DNA from: Oscillospiraceae bacterium
Lineage (GTDB): Bacteria > Bacillota > Clostridia > Oscillospirales > Oscillospiraceae
Direction of reading: 5' to 3'
DNA: 64,000 bases
Assembly: GCA_017458825.1 (NCBI GenBank)
Contig: JAFSZX010000019.1
Coordinates: forward strand, 4,352 to 68,351
The notes below the pieces were generated by a model that saw nothing but the letters and a program-made list of their open reading frames with translations, did no database searches and had not been told where the DNA came from. The translations under genes and the position numbers were made by a program. The stretch's first letter is position 1. Each line of letters starts with the position of its first letter. This document shows, in pieces, positions 29,013 through 38,918 of the stretch.

Positions 29013-29608
29013 AGCTCCTGACGCCCGTGAAGAGCCCGCATCAGCGTGGCGTCATCGGCAAATTCCAGATGGCTGCCCACCGGAATACCGTACGCAAGGC
29101 GGGTCACCTTGACGCCGAAAGGCTTTAGAAGACGGGAGAGGTACAGAGCCGTCGCCTCCCCCTCGGTGTCGGGATTGGTTGCCATGATGACCTCCCGCAC
29201 GCCGCCGGCACTGACCCGATCCAGCAGGGAGCGGATATGGAGATCGTCCGGCCCCACGTGGTTCATGGGGCTCAACACGCCGTGGAGCACATGATAGCGG
29301 CCGTTGAACTCCCGGGAGCGCTCAATGGCGATCACGTCACGCGTGTCCGCCACCACGCAGATCACACCGCCGTCCCGCTTTTCGGAGGCGCAGATGGGAC
29401 ACAGACCGCCCTCGGTGAGGTTCTGGCACACGGGGCACAGCGTAACGCTGCGCCGCGCCGCCAGGATCGCGTCGGCAAATTCCCGCGCCTGCTCTTCGGG
29501 CAGTTCCAGCACGTGAAACGCCAGACGCTGTGCGCTCTTGCCGCCGATGCCGGGCAGACGGGCAAATTGTTCTACCAGCTTTTCAAGGGGCGCGGGGAAG
29601 TACTCCAT
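29009..29608 (-). CDS. recR: Recombination mediator RecR
   Basis: LPGIGGKSAQRLA, C4 zinc finger and ATNPDTEGEAT motifs. Confidence 0.97.
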   Translation of the reverse strand: MEYFPAPLEKLVEQFARLPGIGGKSAQRLAFHVLELPEEQAREFADAILAARRSVTLCPVCQNLTEGGLCPICASEKRDGGVICVVADTRDVIAIERSREFNGRYHVLHGVLSPMNHVGPDDLHIRSLLDRVSAGGVREVIMATNPDTEGEATALYLSRLLKPFGVKVTRLAYGIPVGSHLEFADDATLMRALHGRQEL

Positions 29609-29612
29609 GCCC

Positions 29613-30257
29613 TTACCCCCTCAACGCACGGATCGTGGCGGTGAGGTCCGCCGCGCCGTATACCGCACTGCCTGCCACCAGAACGTTGGCGCCGGCGGCA
29701 ATACAGACCTTGGCGGTCTGGCAGTCCACACCGCCGTCCACCTCCAGTTCGCAGGAGGGATTCATCGCGTCGATATATTGGCGGATCTGGGTCACCTTGG
29801 GCATCATATCCGCCATGAATTTCTGCCCGCCGAAACCGGGCTCCACCGTCATCACCAGAATAAGATCGCACCGGTCGATGAACGGCAGTACCGCCGAGGC
29901 GGGAGTTTTGGGCTTGACCACCACGCCGCAACGCTTGCCCTTGGCGTGGATCAGATCCAGCGCCCGAAGCGTATTGTCCTCCGTGTCCGCCTCCACGTGG
30001 CAGGTGACAATATCGGCGCCGGCATCACAAAACCGCTCCACGTAACGCACGGGGCGGTCGATCATCAGATGTACGTCCAGCACCTTCTGCGTCACCTTGC
30101 GGATGGACGATACCACCGGCATGCCGATGGACAGATTCGGCACGAACAGCCCGTCCATCACGTCCACATGGACGTAATCGGCCTCGGCAATGCGCTCGAT
30201 ATCACGCCCTAAATTGGCAAAATCGGCGGAGAGGATGGAGGGGGAAATCTTAATCAT
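29613..30257 (-). CDS. rpe: Ribulose-phosphate 3-epimerase
   Basis: ISPSILSADF, HVDVMDG, MTVEPGFGGQ and EVDGG motifs; start moved to ATG 30257. Confidence 0.96.
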   Translation of the reverse strand: MIKISPSILSADFANLGRDIERIAEADYVHVDVMDGLFVPNLSIGMPVVSSIRKVTQKVLDVHLMIDRPVRYVERFCDAGADIVTCHVEADTEDNTLRALDLIHAKGKRCGVVVKPKTPASAVLPFIDRCDLILVMTVEPGFGGQKFMADMMPKVTQIRQYIDAMNPSCELEVDGGVDCQTAKVCIAAGANVLVAGSAVYGAADLTATIRALRG

Positions 30258-30446
30258 GAAAACAGATCCTTTCAAAGATAGAATCACCGCCCGACGCGGC
30301 ACAACATAGGATACCATAAGCGGCGGCGGCGACACCGCATCTGCGCAGTGCCGATCCCGCCCCGGGTCATGCGCCCCGCCGCTTTTTGGAATAGGGAGCC
30401 GGCGGGCACGGTTCCGCCGGCTCCCGTCAGGGAAACGGCAAGACAT

Positions 30447-30475
30447 ATTATACCAATCTTTTTCCCCGATTGCAA
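30447..30475 (-). promoter_or_regulatory. Sigma-A promoter about 190 nt upstream of rpe
   Basis: TTGCAA-N17-TATAAT with extended TG. Confidence 0.7.
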
Positions 30476-30598
30476 CGCGCAAGGAGCAATTCTTCCCCAA
30501 AACGTAACGATTCTGTGAATTCTGACCCGCCGCTCTTTACGGCGTCGGGAAAAACGGGTACAATGGCAATACCGAGCAGGGAAAGGCGGGGAGAAGGT

Positions 30599-31012
30599 AT
30601 GCGCTGGAGAGAGCGGATCGGCAACACGCTGGCGCGTTGGTTCTACGGACGAAACGGTGTGGATCAGTTGAATATCGCGCTGATCTATCTGATGGCGGCG
30701 GTCCATCTGGCCGGTTGGCTGGTACGGTCGCAGGCGGCGGTTTTGGCGCTGGACGCGATCGGTACGGTGCTGCTCGCGGTGACGGTGTTCCGGCTCTTTT
30801 CCCGGAATCTGACACGCCGGCGGGCGGAAAACGCCGTGTTCGTGCGGTATATCTGGCGTCCGGCGCGCAACCGCCTGCAACAACTGCGCGACCGCTCCCA
30901 CCGGTACGTTACCTGCCCCGACTGCGGCGCCGTTTGCCGCGTGCCCCGTATCAAGGGGACCATTGAGATCACCTGCCCCAAATGCGGCGCCAAAAGGCGC
31001 GTGAAAGGCTGA
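30599..31012 (+). CDS. Hypothetical membrane protein with C-terminal zinc ribbon
   Basis: YGRNGVDQL, two TMs, CPDC...CPKC. Confidence 0.8.
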   Translation: MRWRERIGNTLARWFYGRNGVDQLNIALIYLMAAVHLAGWLVRSQAAVLALDAIGTVLLAVTVFRLFSRNLTRRRAENAVFVRYIWRPARNRLQQLRDRSHRYVTCPDCGAVCRVPRIKGTIEITCPKCGAKRRVKG

Positions 31013-31147
31013 AAAATGACAACGCCCCCTGCACCGCTTCAGACGGCGCAGGGCGTTTTTTTCGCCGGAAAACGGAAAACCTGTTTTTGGCAACCGCTGT
31101 TTTGCGGCGAAAGGGCGGATTTTACCGCGAAAAAAGAGAAAAACAGT

Positions 31148-31325
31148 ATTATGTAAATAAAAACAAAAATTGACAAGTAGTTGAAATATCGGTTTGCGGC
31201 TTTGACATTTTTCAGCAAAGCTTTGAAAACCGTTCTTATATAAGGCGCGAAGCACATGTGGAAAACTCGGTGGAAACTGTGGATAACGTTTCGTAAAAGG
31301 TTATGGAGCAAATAATTATGTAAAT
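31148..31325. other. AT-rich intergenic motif cluster: one perfect and two degenerate DnaA boxes flanked by two ATTATGTAAAT copies
   Basis: TGTGGATAA 31278-31286, TGTGGAAAA 31257-31265, GGTGGAAAC 31269-31277; ATTATGTAAAT at 31148 and 31315. Confidence 0.5.
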
Positions 31326-31499
31326 TGGAAAACGCTGTCGAGCGCGAAAGTAAGCAACCGAAAAAGTGCGTGTTTTCACCGTTTTAGGGAAAAATCATCG
31401 ACTTATCTCCGCAAGTGCCGAAACGGGAAAAACAGACGCCGCACCGCCGGAGAGGGGCGATGCGGCGTATTTTTTCCCGAAGAAACAAAAGTGATTACG

Positions 31500-32438
31500 T
31501 TATGTATTATTTTCCTTTTCCACGGTGCGGGAAAGGTCCTGCAGGAGGAGCGTCATCGTGCCGCCGCAGACCATGCCCTCGTCGGCGGCAACGTCATGGT
31601 TCATATCCACGGTCAGGAGCTGAGAACGCCCCGTGCCGATCAGCCGGCGCGCTTTCAGCGCCGCCTCCGCCTCGCCGCATCCGCCGCCCACGGTGCCGTA
31701 TATGCGGCCCATAGCGTTTACCGCCAGCAACGAGCCGCTTTTTACCGGCGTGGAGCCGCGGGAGGAGAGCACCAGCGCCAGCGCCTTCTCCTCCGGCGAC
31801 TGCGCCAGATAGGAAAGGAGCGCCGGATCGGCGTTGGTCTGCGCCAGCTCGTTCTCGCAGGGCGCGGAGGGGAGTGCCCGACGGCACTGCACCAGCTCGG
31901 CACAGATGGATACGGCGATCTCCTCCACCGTCACCGCGCCGATGGAAAGCCCGATGGGCGTGTGTACACGGCGCAGACGGTCCCGATCAAAACCCTCCTG
32001 CGCCAGAAGCTCCAGCATGGCGGCGGTGCGGCGGCGCGAGCCGATCATACCCACATAGGCGGGCTCTGTGCCTCCCAGGACGGCGCGCAGGCACACATCG
32101 TCCCACCGGTGCCCGCGGGTGATGATGCACACGTAGTCGCCGGAGCGGAGGGAGAGCTGCTCCAGCGCCTCCGCAAAGCCCCGACAGATCACCTGCGAGG
32201 CGAGGGGAAACCTTGCCGTATCGGCAAAATCGGGGCGGTCGTCTACCACGGTGACGGCAAAGCCCAGCATCTGCCCGATGGCGCAAAGCGGCACGGCGAT
32301 ATGCCCCGCTCCCAGCAGAATGAGCCGCTCCCGGGCGGCAAAACGCCGCACGTAGTGCTGACCCTGCGCCTCTACCGCCCAAAGACCGTCCCGTCCCTCC
32401 GCCAGCGCGCGGCGGACGGCAACAAACGGATTGTCCAT
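31500..32438 (-). CDS. XdhC family Moco-chaperone protein
   Basis: LGAGHIA, TRGHRWD, GMIGSRRR, PIGLSIGA; C-terminal GSTP...GTVGGGCGE...CGG (CoxI-type domain). Confidence 0.9.
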   Translation of the reverse strand: MDNPFVAVRRALAEGRDGLWAVEAQGQHYVRRFAARERLILLGAGHIAVPLCAIGQMLGFAVTVVDDRPDFADTARFPLASQVICRGFAEALEQLSLRSGDYVCIITRGHRWDDVCLRAVLGGTEPAYVGMIGSRRRTAAMLELLAQEGFDRDRLRRVHTPIGLSIGAVTVEEIAVSICAELVQCRRALPSAPCENELAQTNADPALLSYLAQSPEEKALALVLSSRGSTPVKSGSLLAVNAMGRIYGTVGGGCGEAEAALKARRLIGTGRSQLLTVDMNHDVAADEGMVCGGTMTLLLQDLSRTVEKENNT

Positions 32439-32481
32439 GAAATCCCGACCTTTCTATGATATGATGACAAGGATATATGCT

Positions 32482-33255
32482 TTACAGCGTTGGTATTTCA
32501 GCACCTAACGCCTGTTCCAACTGACGGGCGCTTTGCAAGGTGCTGTCCACCGCGGCACGGAACTCGTCACTGCCGGTGCGGCGGAAAAGACCGATCACGC
32601 CGATGGCGTACTGTCTGCCGCTGCGGTCGCAGACCGGCGCGGCGGCGGCGCGCAGACCGATGCGATACTCCCCGTCCTCCACCGCGTAGCCGTTCGTGCG
32701 GATCTCTTCCAGCGCGGAGAGGAGGTCCCGGGGATCGGTCAGCGTGTGGGGTGTATAGGCGCGCAGTGTGAGTCGGGGCAGAAGGCGGCGCACCGCGGCG
32801 TCGCCCATAAGGCTTAAAAACAGTTTTCCCTGCGCTGTGGCGTGGAGCGGCAGGCGACTGCCGGTCTCCGGCACCACCAGCAGTTCGCCGCCGGCGCATT
32901 GATCCAGCGTGATGGCGTTTTGTCCCTCCCAGACCGATAAAAACGCCCCGGCGCCGGTTCGATCGGACAGGGATTCCAGATACGGACGCGCCAGACGCGT
33001 TACGTCCCACGCCGCCGACACGGCACAGCCCAGCTCAAAAAGCCGCACGCCCAAGGCGTACCGCCCGTCTTGCTCCTGACGGATCGCCTGATGAAGACGC
33101 AGTGTGTTTAAAAGCGCGTGTACGGTGCTTTTGGGATAGCCGCAATCGGCGGACAGTTCCTGCAGGGAAACGGGGCGCCGCTTCTGCATCAGCACTTCCA
33201 ACAGGCGCATGGCTTTATCTACGGAATGAACGGTATGATCTGCTCGCGGCTCCAC
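32482..33255 (-). CDS. IclR family transcriptional regulator
   Basis: VHSVDKAMRLL HTH, PLHATAQGK, GYAVEDGE; GTG 33255 after AAGGAGG. Confidence 0.92.
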   Translation of the reverse strand: MEPRADHTVHSVDKAMRLLEVLMQKRRPVSLQELSADCGYPKSTVHALLNTLRLHQAIRQEQDGRYALGVRLFELGCAVSAAWDVTRLARPYLESLSDRTGAGAFLSVWEGQNAITLDQCAGGELLVVPETGSRLPLHATAQGKLFLSLMGDAAVRRLLPRLTLRAYTPHTLTDPRDLLSALEEIRTNGYAVEDGEYRIGLRAAAAPVCDRSGRQYAIGVIGLFRRTGSDEFRAAVDSTLQSARQLEQALGAEIPTL

Positions 33256-33311
33256 GGTCTGCGCCTCCTTCCCGCGTTTTTTATACACTGACTATACCAT
33301 AAGAACTGCTT

Positions 33312-33360
33312 TGATACAAGAAAATTCTGTATCACAAGATGATCGTTCTGCAATACAGAA
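33312..33360. promoter_or_regulatory. Candidate IclR operator palindromes between iclR and modA
   Basis: TTCTG-CAATA-CAGAA at 33346-33360; related TTCTGTATCACAAGA at 33325; TGATACA/TGTATCA inverted pair. Confidence 0.5.
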
Positions 33361-33437
33361 CAGAGGCGCTTGTCAAGCGGCGGCGCGTCCTGTACCATAG
33401 AGGCAACCTATCTCATAGAGGAAAGGACGATTTAACC

Positions 33438-34229
33438 ATGAAACGGATCGGTTGTCTACTCGCGGCGCTGGGGCTGGTTTTGTGCCTGAATGCCTGCGGC
33501 AAGACGGCGCAGGAGACACCGGAAGAGAAGACGGAGATCACGGTATTTGCCGCCGCTTCCATGACGGAGACGCTGCAGGAGATCAAAACACGCTATGAGG
33601 CGGAGCATCAGGACGTAGAGCTGGTGTTTACCTTTGACTCGTCCGGTGCGCTGAAGACCCAGATCATGGAGGGCGCGGTGTGCGATCTGTTTATTTCGGC
33701 GGCGCCCAAGCAGATGAATGAGCTGGAGGAAGCGGGACTTCTGGCGCAGGATAGCCGCATCGACCTGCTGGAAAACAAGGTGGCGCTGTGTCTGGCGCCG
33801 GAGGGCGGCGCGGCGATCGCCTCCTTCGACGATCTGGCGCAGGCGCTGGCAGGGGGCGAGATCCTCTTTGCCATGGGCAACGCGGACGTGCCGGTGGGAC
33901 AGTATACGCAGAAGATCTTTGCCTACTACGGGATCGACGAGGCGGCGGTCAGCGGCAGTATTACCTACGGGTCCAACGTCAAGGAGGTCGTTACGGCGAT
34001 CGTGGAGGGCACGGCGGATTGCGGCGTGATCTACGCCACCGACGCCGCCGCCGCGAATCTTACGCCGGTGGATACCGCTACGGCGGAGATGTGCGGACAG
34101 GTGATCTATCCGGCGGCGGTGCTTGCCGCGGCACCGCAGGGCGCAGCGACCCGGGCGTTTTTGGATTATCTCGCTGCCGCGCCGGCGGCGGAGGTATTCA
34201 CGGCGGCGGGATTTACGGCGCTGGGATAA
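33438..34229 (+). CDS. modA: Molybdate ABC transporter substrate-binding lipoprotein
   Basis: Lipobox LNAC; VFAAASM, DSSGAL, VPVGQY and YATDA motifs. Confidence 0.93.
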   Translation: MKRIGCLLAALGLVLCLNACGKTAQETPEEKTEITVFAAASMTETLQEIKTRYEAEHQDVELVFTFDSSGALKTQIMEGAVCDLFISAAPKQMNELEEAGLLAQDSRIDLLENKVALCLAPEGGAAIASFDDLAQALAGGEILFAMGNADVPVGQYTQKIFAYYGIDEAAVSGSITYGSNVKEVVTAIVEGTADCGVIYATDAAAANLTPVDTATAEMCGQVIYPAAVLAAAPQGAATRAFLDYLAAAPAAEVFTAAGFTALG

Positions 34230-34313
34230 GACACGGAGCGGAGCGGTCGGTTTTCCGTCTTGCTCCGCTTCTTTTCATCGTATATAATAAGAAAGCAAGG
34301 AAAGGAGCGTTCT

Positions 34314-34976
34314 ATGGACTGGTATCCGCTGCTGAACTCCCTGCGTGTGGCGGCGATCGCGTCGGTGGCGGTGTTTTTTACCGGCATTGCCGCCGCCCAC
34401 TATATCGCCCGTCTGCCCCGCGCTGTCAAGGGCGTACTGGACGTGGCGCTGACACTGCCGCTGGTACTGCCGCCCACGGTGGTGGGCTTTTTGCTCTTGC
34501 GGCTGTTGGGACCGCGCCATCCGCTGGGCAGCTGGGTCTGGGACACCTTCGGTGTGCGATTGACCATGCAGTGGTGGTCGGCGGTGTTCGCGGTGGCGGT
34601 GGTGGTGTTTCCGCTGATGTACCGCACCGCACGGGGCGCTTTTGAGAGTTTTGACGAGCGGCTTGCCCAGGCGGCGCGGACGCTGGGACGCTCCAATACC
34701 TATGTTTTCTGGCGGATCCGTATGCCCTGCTGCCGGCAGGGACTGATTGCCGGCGCGGTGCTGTCCTTTGCCCGCGCCATCGGGGAGTACGGCGCTACCA
34801 GCATGGTGGCAGGCTATACACCGGGCAAAACCGCCACGGTTGCCACCGAGGTCTATCAGCTCTGGCGGATCGGTGATAATGAAACGGCGATCCGGTGGGT
34901 GGCGGTGAACATCGCCATTTCCGCGGTGGTTCTGTTGGCGGTGAATCTGCTGGAAAAGCGGGAGAGGAACAGATAG
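34314..34976 (+). CDS. modB: Molybdate ABC transporter permease
   Basis: LPLVLPPTVVG and SFARAIGEYGAT motifs. Confidence 0.95.
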   Translation: MDWYPLLNSLRVAAIASVAVFFTGIAAAHYIARLPRAVKGVLDVALTLPLVLPPTVVGFLLLRLLGPRHPLGSWVWDTFGVRLTMQWWSAVFAVAVVVFPLMYRTARGAFESFDERLAQAARTLGRSNTYVFWRIRMPCCRQGLIAGAVLSFARAIGEYGATSMVAGYTPGKTATVATEVYQLWRIGDNETAIRWVAVNIAISAVVLLAVNLLEKRERNR

Positions 34977-34977
34977 T

Positions 34978-36030
34978 ATGCTGGAAGTCCGTATCCGAAA
35001 AAAACTGGATAGCTTTACGCTGGACGTGCAGTTTGCCGCGGACGGCGGCGTATTGGCGTTGCTGGGCGCCTCCGGCTGCGGCAAGAGCATGACGCTCAAG
35101 TGCATTGCCGGTGTGGAACGGCCGGACAGCGGACGCATCGTACTCAACGGGCGGGTACTCTTCGACAGTGACGAGGGGATCTGCCTGACGCCGCAACAGC
35201 GGCGCGTGGGGATGCTGTTTCAGGATTACGCCCTGTTTCCCCACATGACGGCGCTGGAAAACGTAAAGGCGGCGCTGGGGCATCTGCCGCGCCGCCGGCG
35301 TGAGGCGGAGGCGATGGCGCAGTTGGAGCGGTTTCAGTTGGCGGAGCTGTTCGCCCGTACGCCGGACAGGCTCTCCGGCGGTCAGCGCCAGCGTTTGGCA
35401 CTGGCGCGTATGCTGGCGGCACAGCCGGAGGTGCTGTTGCTGGACGAGCCGTTTTCCGCGCTGGACAGCCATCTGCGCGATCAGATGGAGCGGGAGATGA
35501 TCCGCCATTTACAGGGGTACGCGGGCGACGTGGTGCTGGTCAGCCACGATCGGGACGAGGTGTGCCGGATGTGCCGTCAGGTCTGCGTGCTGACCCGGGG
35601 GCGTTCCGAGCCGCGGCGCACGGTACAGGAGCTGATGGCGTCGCCGGATACGGTCAGCGCGGCGCGGCTGTCGGGCTGCAAGAACGTGTCCTCCGCCGTG
35701 AGGATCAGTGAGCATACCGTTTCCTGCCCCGACTGGGGTTTCACGCTGGAAACCGCCGCGCCGGTACCCGACGCGCTGACGGCGGTGGGGATCCGCGCCC
35801 ACCATATCGCCCCGGGCGCGGCGGAGCGCAACAGTGCTGTGTGCCGTGTGGCGCAGGTGCGGCGGAGCGCCTTTTCCGTGCTTGTGACACTGTTGCCGGA
35901 GCGCGGCGAGGGTGAGGCGCTGACGATGGAGCTGTCGCCGGAGGAGTGGGCGGCGCAGGGCGAGGCGGAAACGCTGGCGGTGCATATCCCGCCGGATTGC
36001 GTTCTGCCGCTGACAGGAGGCGGACTATGA
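34978..36030 (+). CDS. modC: Molybdate ABC transporter ATPase
   Basis: GASGCGKS, LSGGQRQR and LLDEPFSALD motifs. Confidence 0.9.
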   Translation: MLEVRIRKKLDSFTLDVQFAADGGVLALLGASGCGKSMTLKCIAGVERPDSGRIVLNGRVLFDSDEGICLTPQQRRVGMLFQDYALFPHMTALENVKAALGHLPRRRREAEAMAQLERFQLAELFARTPDRLSGGQRQRLALARMLAAQPEVLLLDEPFSALDSHLRDQMEREMIRHLQGYAGDVVLVSHDRDEVCRMCRQVCVLTRGRSEPRRTVQELMASPDTVSAARLSGCKNVSSAVRISEHTVSCPDWGFTLETAAPVPDALTAVGIRAHHIAPGAAERNSAVCRVAQVRRSAFSVLVTLLPERGEGEALTMELSPEEWAAQGEAETLAVHIPPDCVLPLTGGGL

Positions 36031-36974
36031 TGCGCGACACCTCGGGGCGGACGATCCGCTATCTGCGCCTTTCCGTGACCGATCTTTGCAACTACCGGTG
36101 CATATACTGCATGGAGCCTGACGGCGTATGTAAGAAAAACCACGGTGAGATCCTGTCACTGGAAGAACTGCTTGAGATCGCAAGCGCCTGTGTGGCACTG
36201 GGTGTAACGAAGATCCGCTTGACAGGCGGAGAGCCGCTGGTGCGACGGAATATCGTGTGGCTGTGCCGGGAATTGAAAAAGCTGCCGGGTCTGGAGGAAC
36301 TGACGCTGACCACCAACGGCGCGTATCTGCCGCGTTTTGCACAGGCGCTGAAAGCGTCGGGGGTGGACCGGCTGAATATCAGCCTCGATACGCTGGATCC
36401 TGCGCGGTACCGCGCCATCACGCGCACCGGTGAGCTGAAAGGCGCGCTGTCGGGTCTGGCGGCGGCGGAGGCGGCGGGATTTACCGATACGAAGATCAAC
36501 GCGGTGCTGCTGGGCGGCGTCAACGACGGGGATATTCCGGCGCTGGCGCGTCTGGCGCGGGATCGGGCGGTGAGCGTGCGATTCATCGAGCTGATGCCGA
36601 TGGGCGTGTGCCGCGATTGGGAGCGGGAGCGTTTTATCAGCGCCGACGCGGTACGCAAAGCACTTCCGGAACTGCGGTATCTGGACAGCGACGGCGTGGC
36701 GGAGCGGTACACAGCGCCGGATTGGGCCGGCACAGTGGGGTTGATCCGTCCCGTGAGCCACCGGTTTTGCCGGCAGTGCGACAGGATCCGCGTCACAGCG
36801 GAGGGGCGGCTGAAACCGTGCCTTCACAGCGCGACGGAGATCGCCTTGCGTGGACTGCACGGCGAGGCACTGCGTGAGGCGATTCTGCGGGGCGTTCAGG
36901 CAAAACCTGCGCACCACGAGCTTTTGGAAACAGGCAGTCAGAGCGGACGCGCCATGTATGAGATCGGAGGATGA
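36027..36974 (+). CDS. moaA: GTP 3',8-cyclase
   Basis: [17 protein letters not shown]...KPCL and C-terminal IGG. Confidence 0.96.
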   Translation: MMRDTSGRTIRYLRLSVTDLCNYRCIYCMEPDGVCKKNHGEILSLEELLEIASACVALGVTKIRLTGGEPLVRRNIVWLCRELKKLPGLEELTLTTNGAYLPRFAQALKASGVDRLNISLDTLDPARYRAITRTGELKGALSGLAAAEAAGFTDTKINAVLLGGVNDGDIPALARLARDRAVSVRFIELMPMGVCRDWERERFISADAVRKALPELRYLDSDGVAERYTAPDWAGTVGLIRPVSHRFCRQCDRIRVTAEGRLKPCLHSATEIALRGLHGEALREAILRGVQAKPAHHELLETGSQSGRAMYEIGG

Positions 36975-36978
36975 TGAG

Positions 36979-37464
36979 ATGCCGTTTACCCATTTTAACG
37001 AACAGGGCAGAGCCCACATGGTGGACGTGACGGACAAGACGCCCACGGTGCGCACCGCCACGGCGTCCGGCGCTGTGCACATGGCGCCGCAAACGGCGGA
37101 GGCGATCCGCTCCGGCGGCGTGGAAAAGGGCGACGTATTGGCGGTGGCGCAGGTAGCGGGGATCCTTGCCGCCAAGAATACCGCCCAGACGATCCCTATG
37201 TGCCATCCTCTGCCGCTGACCGGCGTGGAGATCCGCTTTTCCTGGGAGGAGGGGCGGTTGAACATTCTGGCGACGGCGCGGTGCAAGGGCGAAACCGGCG
37301 TGGAGATGGAGGCGCTTGCCGCCGTATCCGCCGCGGCGCTGACGGTATACGATATGTGCAAGGCACTGCAAAAGGATATGGAGATCACCGACATCCGCCT
37401 GCTGGAGAAGACCGGCGGCAAAAGCGGCGATTGGCGAAGGGAGGGCGCGTCATGGCAGAAGTGA
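36979..37464 (+). CDS. moaC: Cyclic pyranopterin monophosphate synthase
   Basis: [22 protein letters not shown] and YDMCKA motifs. Confidence 0.96.
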   Translation: MPFTHFNEQGRAHMVDVTDKTPTVRTATASGAVHMAPQTAEAIRSGGVEKGDVLAVAQVAGILAAKNTAQTIPMCHPLPLTGVEIRFSWEEGRLNILATARCKGETGVEMEALAAVSAAALTVYDMCKALQKDMEITDIRLLEKTGGKSGDWRREGASWQK

Positions 37465-37892
37465 CGGCGGTGTGCATCAGCACGGAAAAAGGCGTGGCGA
37501 AGCATCCGGTGGCGCAGATCGAACTGCGGATGCGCCACGGCATCGTGGGCGACGCCCATGCCGGCGACTGGCACCGGCAGGTGAGTTTGCTGGCGGACGA
37601 GAGCGTGGATACCATGCGCGCTATGGGCTGGACACTGCGCCCGGGGGATTTCGCGGAGAATATCCTCACGCGGGGGATCGAGCTGAAAACGCTGCCCGTC
37701 GGTACGCGGCTGCGGGTGGGCACGGCGCTGCTGGAGGTGACGCAGATCGGCAAGGAGCGCCACAGCGACTGTGCCATCCGCCGCACCACCGGCAAATGCG
37801 TGATGCCCACCGAGGGTATTTTTGCGGTGGTACGGGAGCCGGGATGCGTTCGCGCCGGCGATACGATCGAGGTTGAGGAGGCGGCAATATGA
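37452..37892 (+). CDS. MOSC domain protein
   Basis: [25 protein letters not shown] and CVMP.EGIF motifs. Confidence 0.9.
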   Translation: MAEVTAVCISTEKGVAKHPVAQIELRMRHGIVGDAHAGDWHRQVSLLADESVDTMRAMGWTLRPGDFAENILTRGIELKTLPVGTRLRVGTALLEVTQIGKERHSDCAIRRTTGKCVMPTEGIFAVVREPGCVRAGDTIEVEEAAI

Positions 37893-38908
37893 AGAAGATA
37901 CCGGTACGGGAGGCGGTAGGGCACGTGCTGTGCCACGATATGACCCAGATCATTCCCGGCACATATAAAGGACCGCGATTCCGCAAGGGACATATCGTTA
38001 CTGCGGAGGATATTCCCGTCCTGCTCTCCATGGGAAAGGAACACCTTTTCGTGTGGGAAAAGGGCGAGGGGATGCTCCACGAGGACGAGGCGGCGACCCG
38101 TCTGGCGGCGCTGTGCCGGAACGAGTATATGGAAGCGTCACCGGCGCGGGAGGGGAAGATCGAGCTTCGCGCCGCGGCGGACGGGTTTTTCACCGTGGCA
38201 AGCGACCGGTTACAGGCGGTCAACACGGTGGAGGACGTGATGATCGCCACGCGCCACGGCAATACGCCGGTGCGCGCCGGCGACAAGCTGTGCGGTACCC
38301 GCTGTATTCCGCTGGTGATTCCGGAGGAGACGATCCGCGCGGCGGAACAGGCGGCGGGATCGGAGCCCCTGATGGCGATCCATCCCTACCGTTTGCGCCG
38401 CGCCGCGGTGATCACCACCGGCAGTGAGGTGTTCCACGGCAGAGTGGAGGACGCATTCACGCCGGTACTGGTGCAAAAGCTGGCGTCCTACGGTATCGAG
38501 ATGATCGCCCACCGCACGGTGGACGACGATAAGGCGCATATCATGGAGGCGATCGACGCCATGCGATGCACCGACGCGGAGATGATTCTCTGCACCGGCG
38601 GCATGAGCGTGGATCCGGACGACAACACGCCCGGCGCTATCCGCGATTGCGGCGCCCGAATCGTGACCTACGGCGCGCCGGTGCTGCCGGGCGCTATGTT
38701 CCTGCTGGGTTATTTTGAAGACGGTACGCCGGTGATGGGTCTGCCGGGGTGCGTGATGTACGCCAAGGCCACGGTGTTTGATCTCGTATTGCCGCGTATC
38801 GCGGCGGGGATTGCCGTGGAGCGGAGCGATTTTGTGAAGATGGGCGAGGGGGGACTGTGCCTGGGGTGCGGCGAGTGCCGCTATCCCGTCTGTCCCTTCG
38901 GAAAGTGA
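37889..38908 (+). CDS. Molybdopterin-binding MoeA-like protein with C-terminal Cys cluster
   Basis: TGSEV, TGGMSVDPDD, PVLPGAM, GLPG and C-terminal CLGCGECRYPVC. Confidence 0.85.
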   Translation: MKKIPVREAVGHVLCHDMTQIIPGTYKGPRFRKGHIVTAEDIPVLLSMGKEHLFVWEKGEGMLHEDEAATRLAALCRNEYMEASPAREGKIELRAAADGFFTVASDRLQAVNTVEDVMIATRHGNTPVRAGDKLCGTRCIPLVIPEETIRAAEQAAGSEPLMAIHPYRLRRAAVITTGSEVFHGRVEDAFTPVLVQKLASYGIEMIAHRTVDDDKAHIMEAIDAMRCTDAEMILCTGGMSVDPDDNTPGAIRDCGARIVTYGAPVLPGAMFLLGYFEDGTPVMGLPGCVMYAKATVFDLVLPRIAAGIAVERSDFVKMGEGGLCLGCGECRYPVCPFGK

Positions 38909-38918
38909 GGGAACGCGT

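Noticed and set aside
31298-31326. Complete dif site
   Set aside because: Only the right arm matches; the left arm lacks the expected inverted symmetry, so it is reported only as a motif.
33361-33437. Moco/Tuco riboswitch upstream of modA
   Set aside because: The leader is too short and I could not see the motif.
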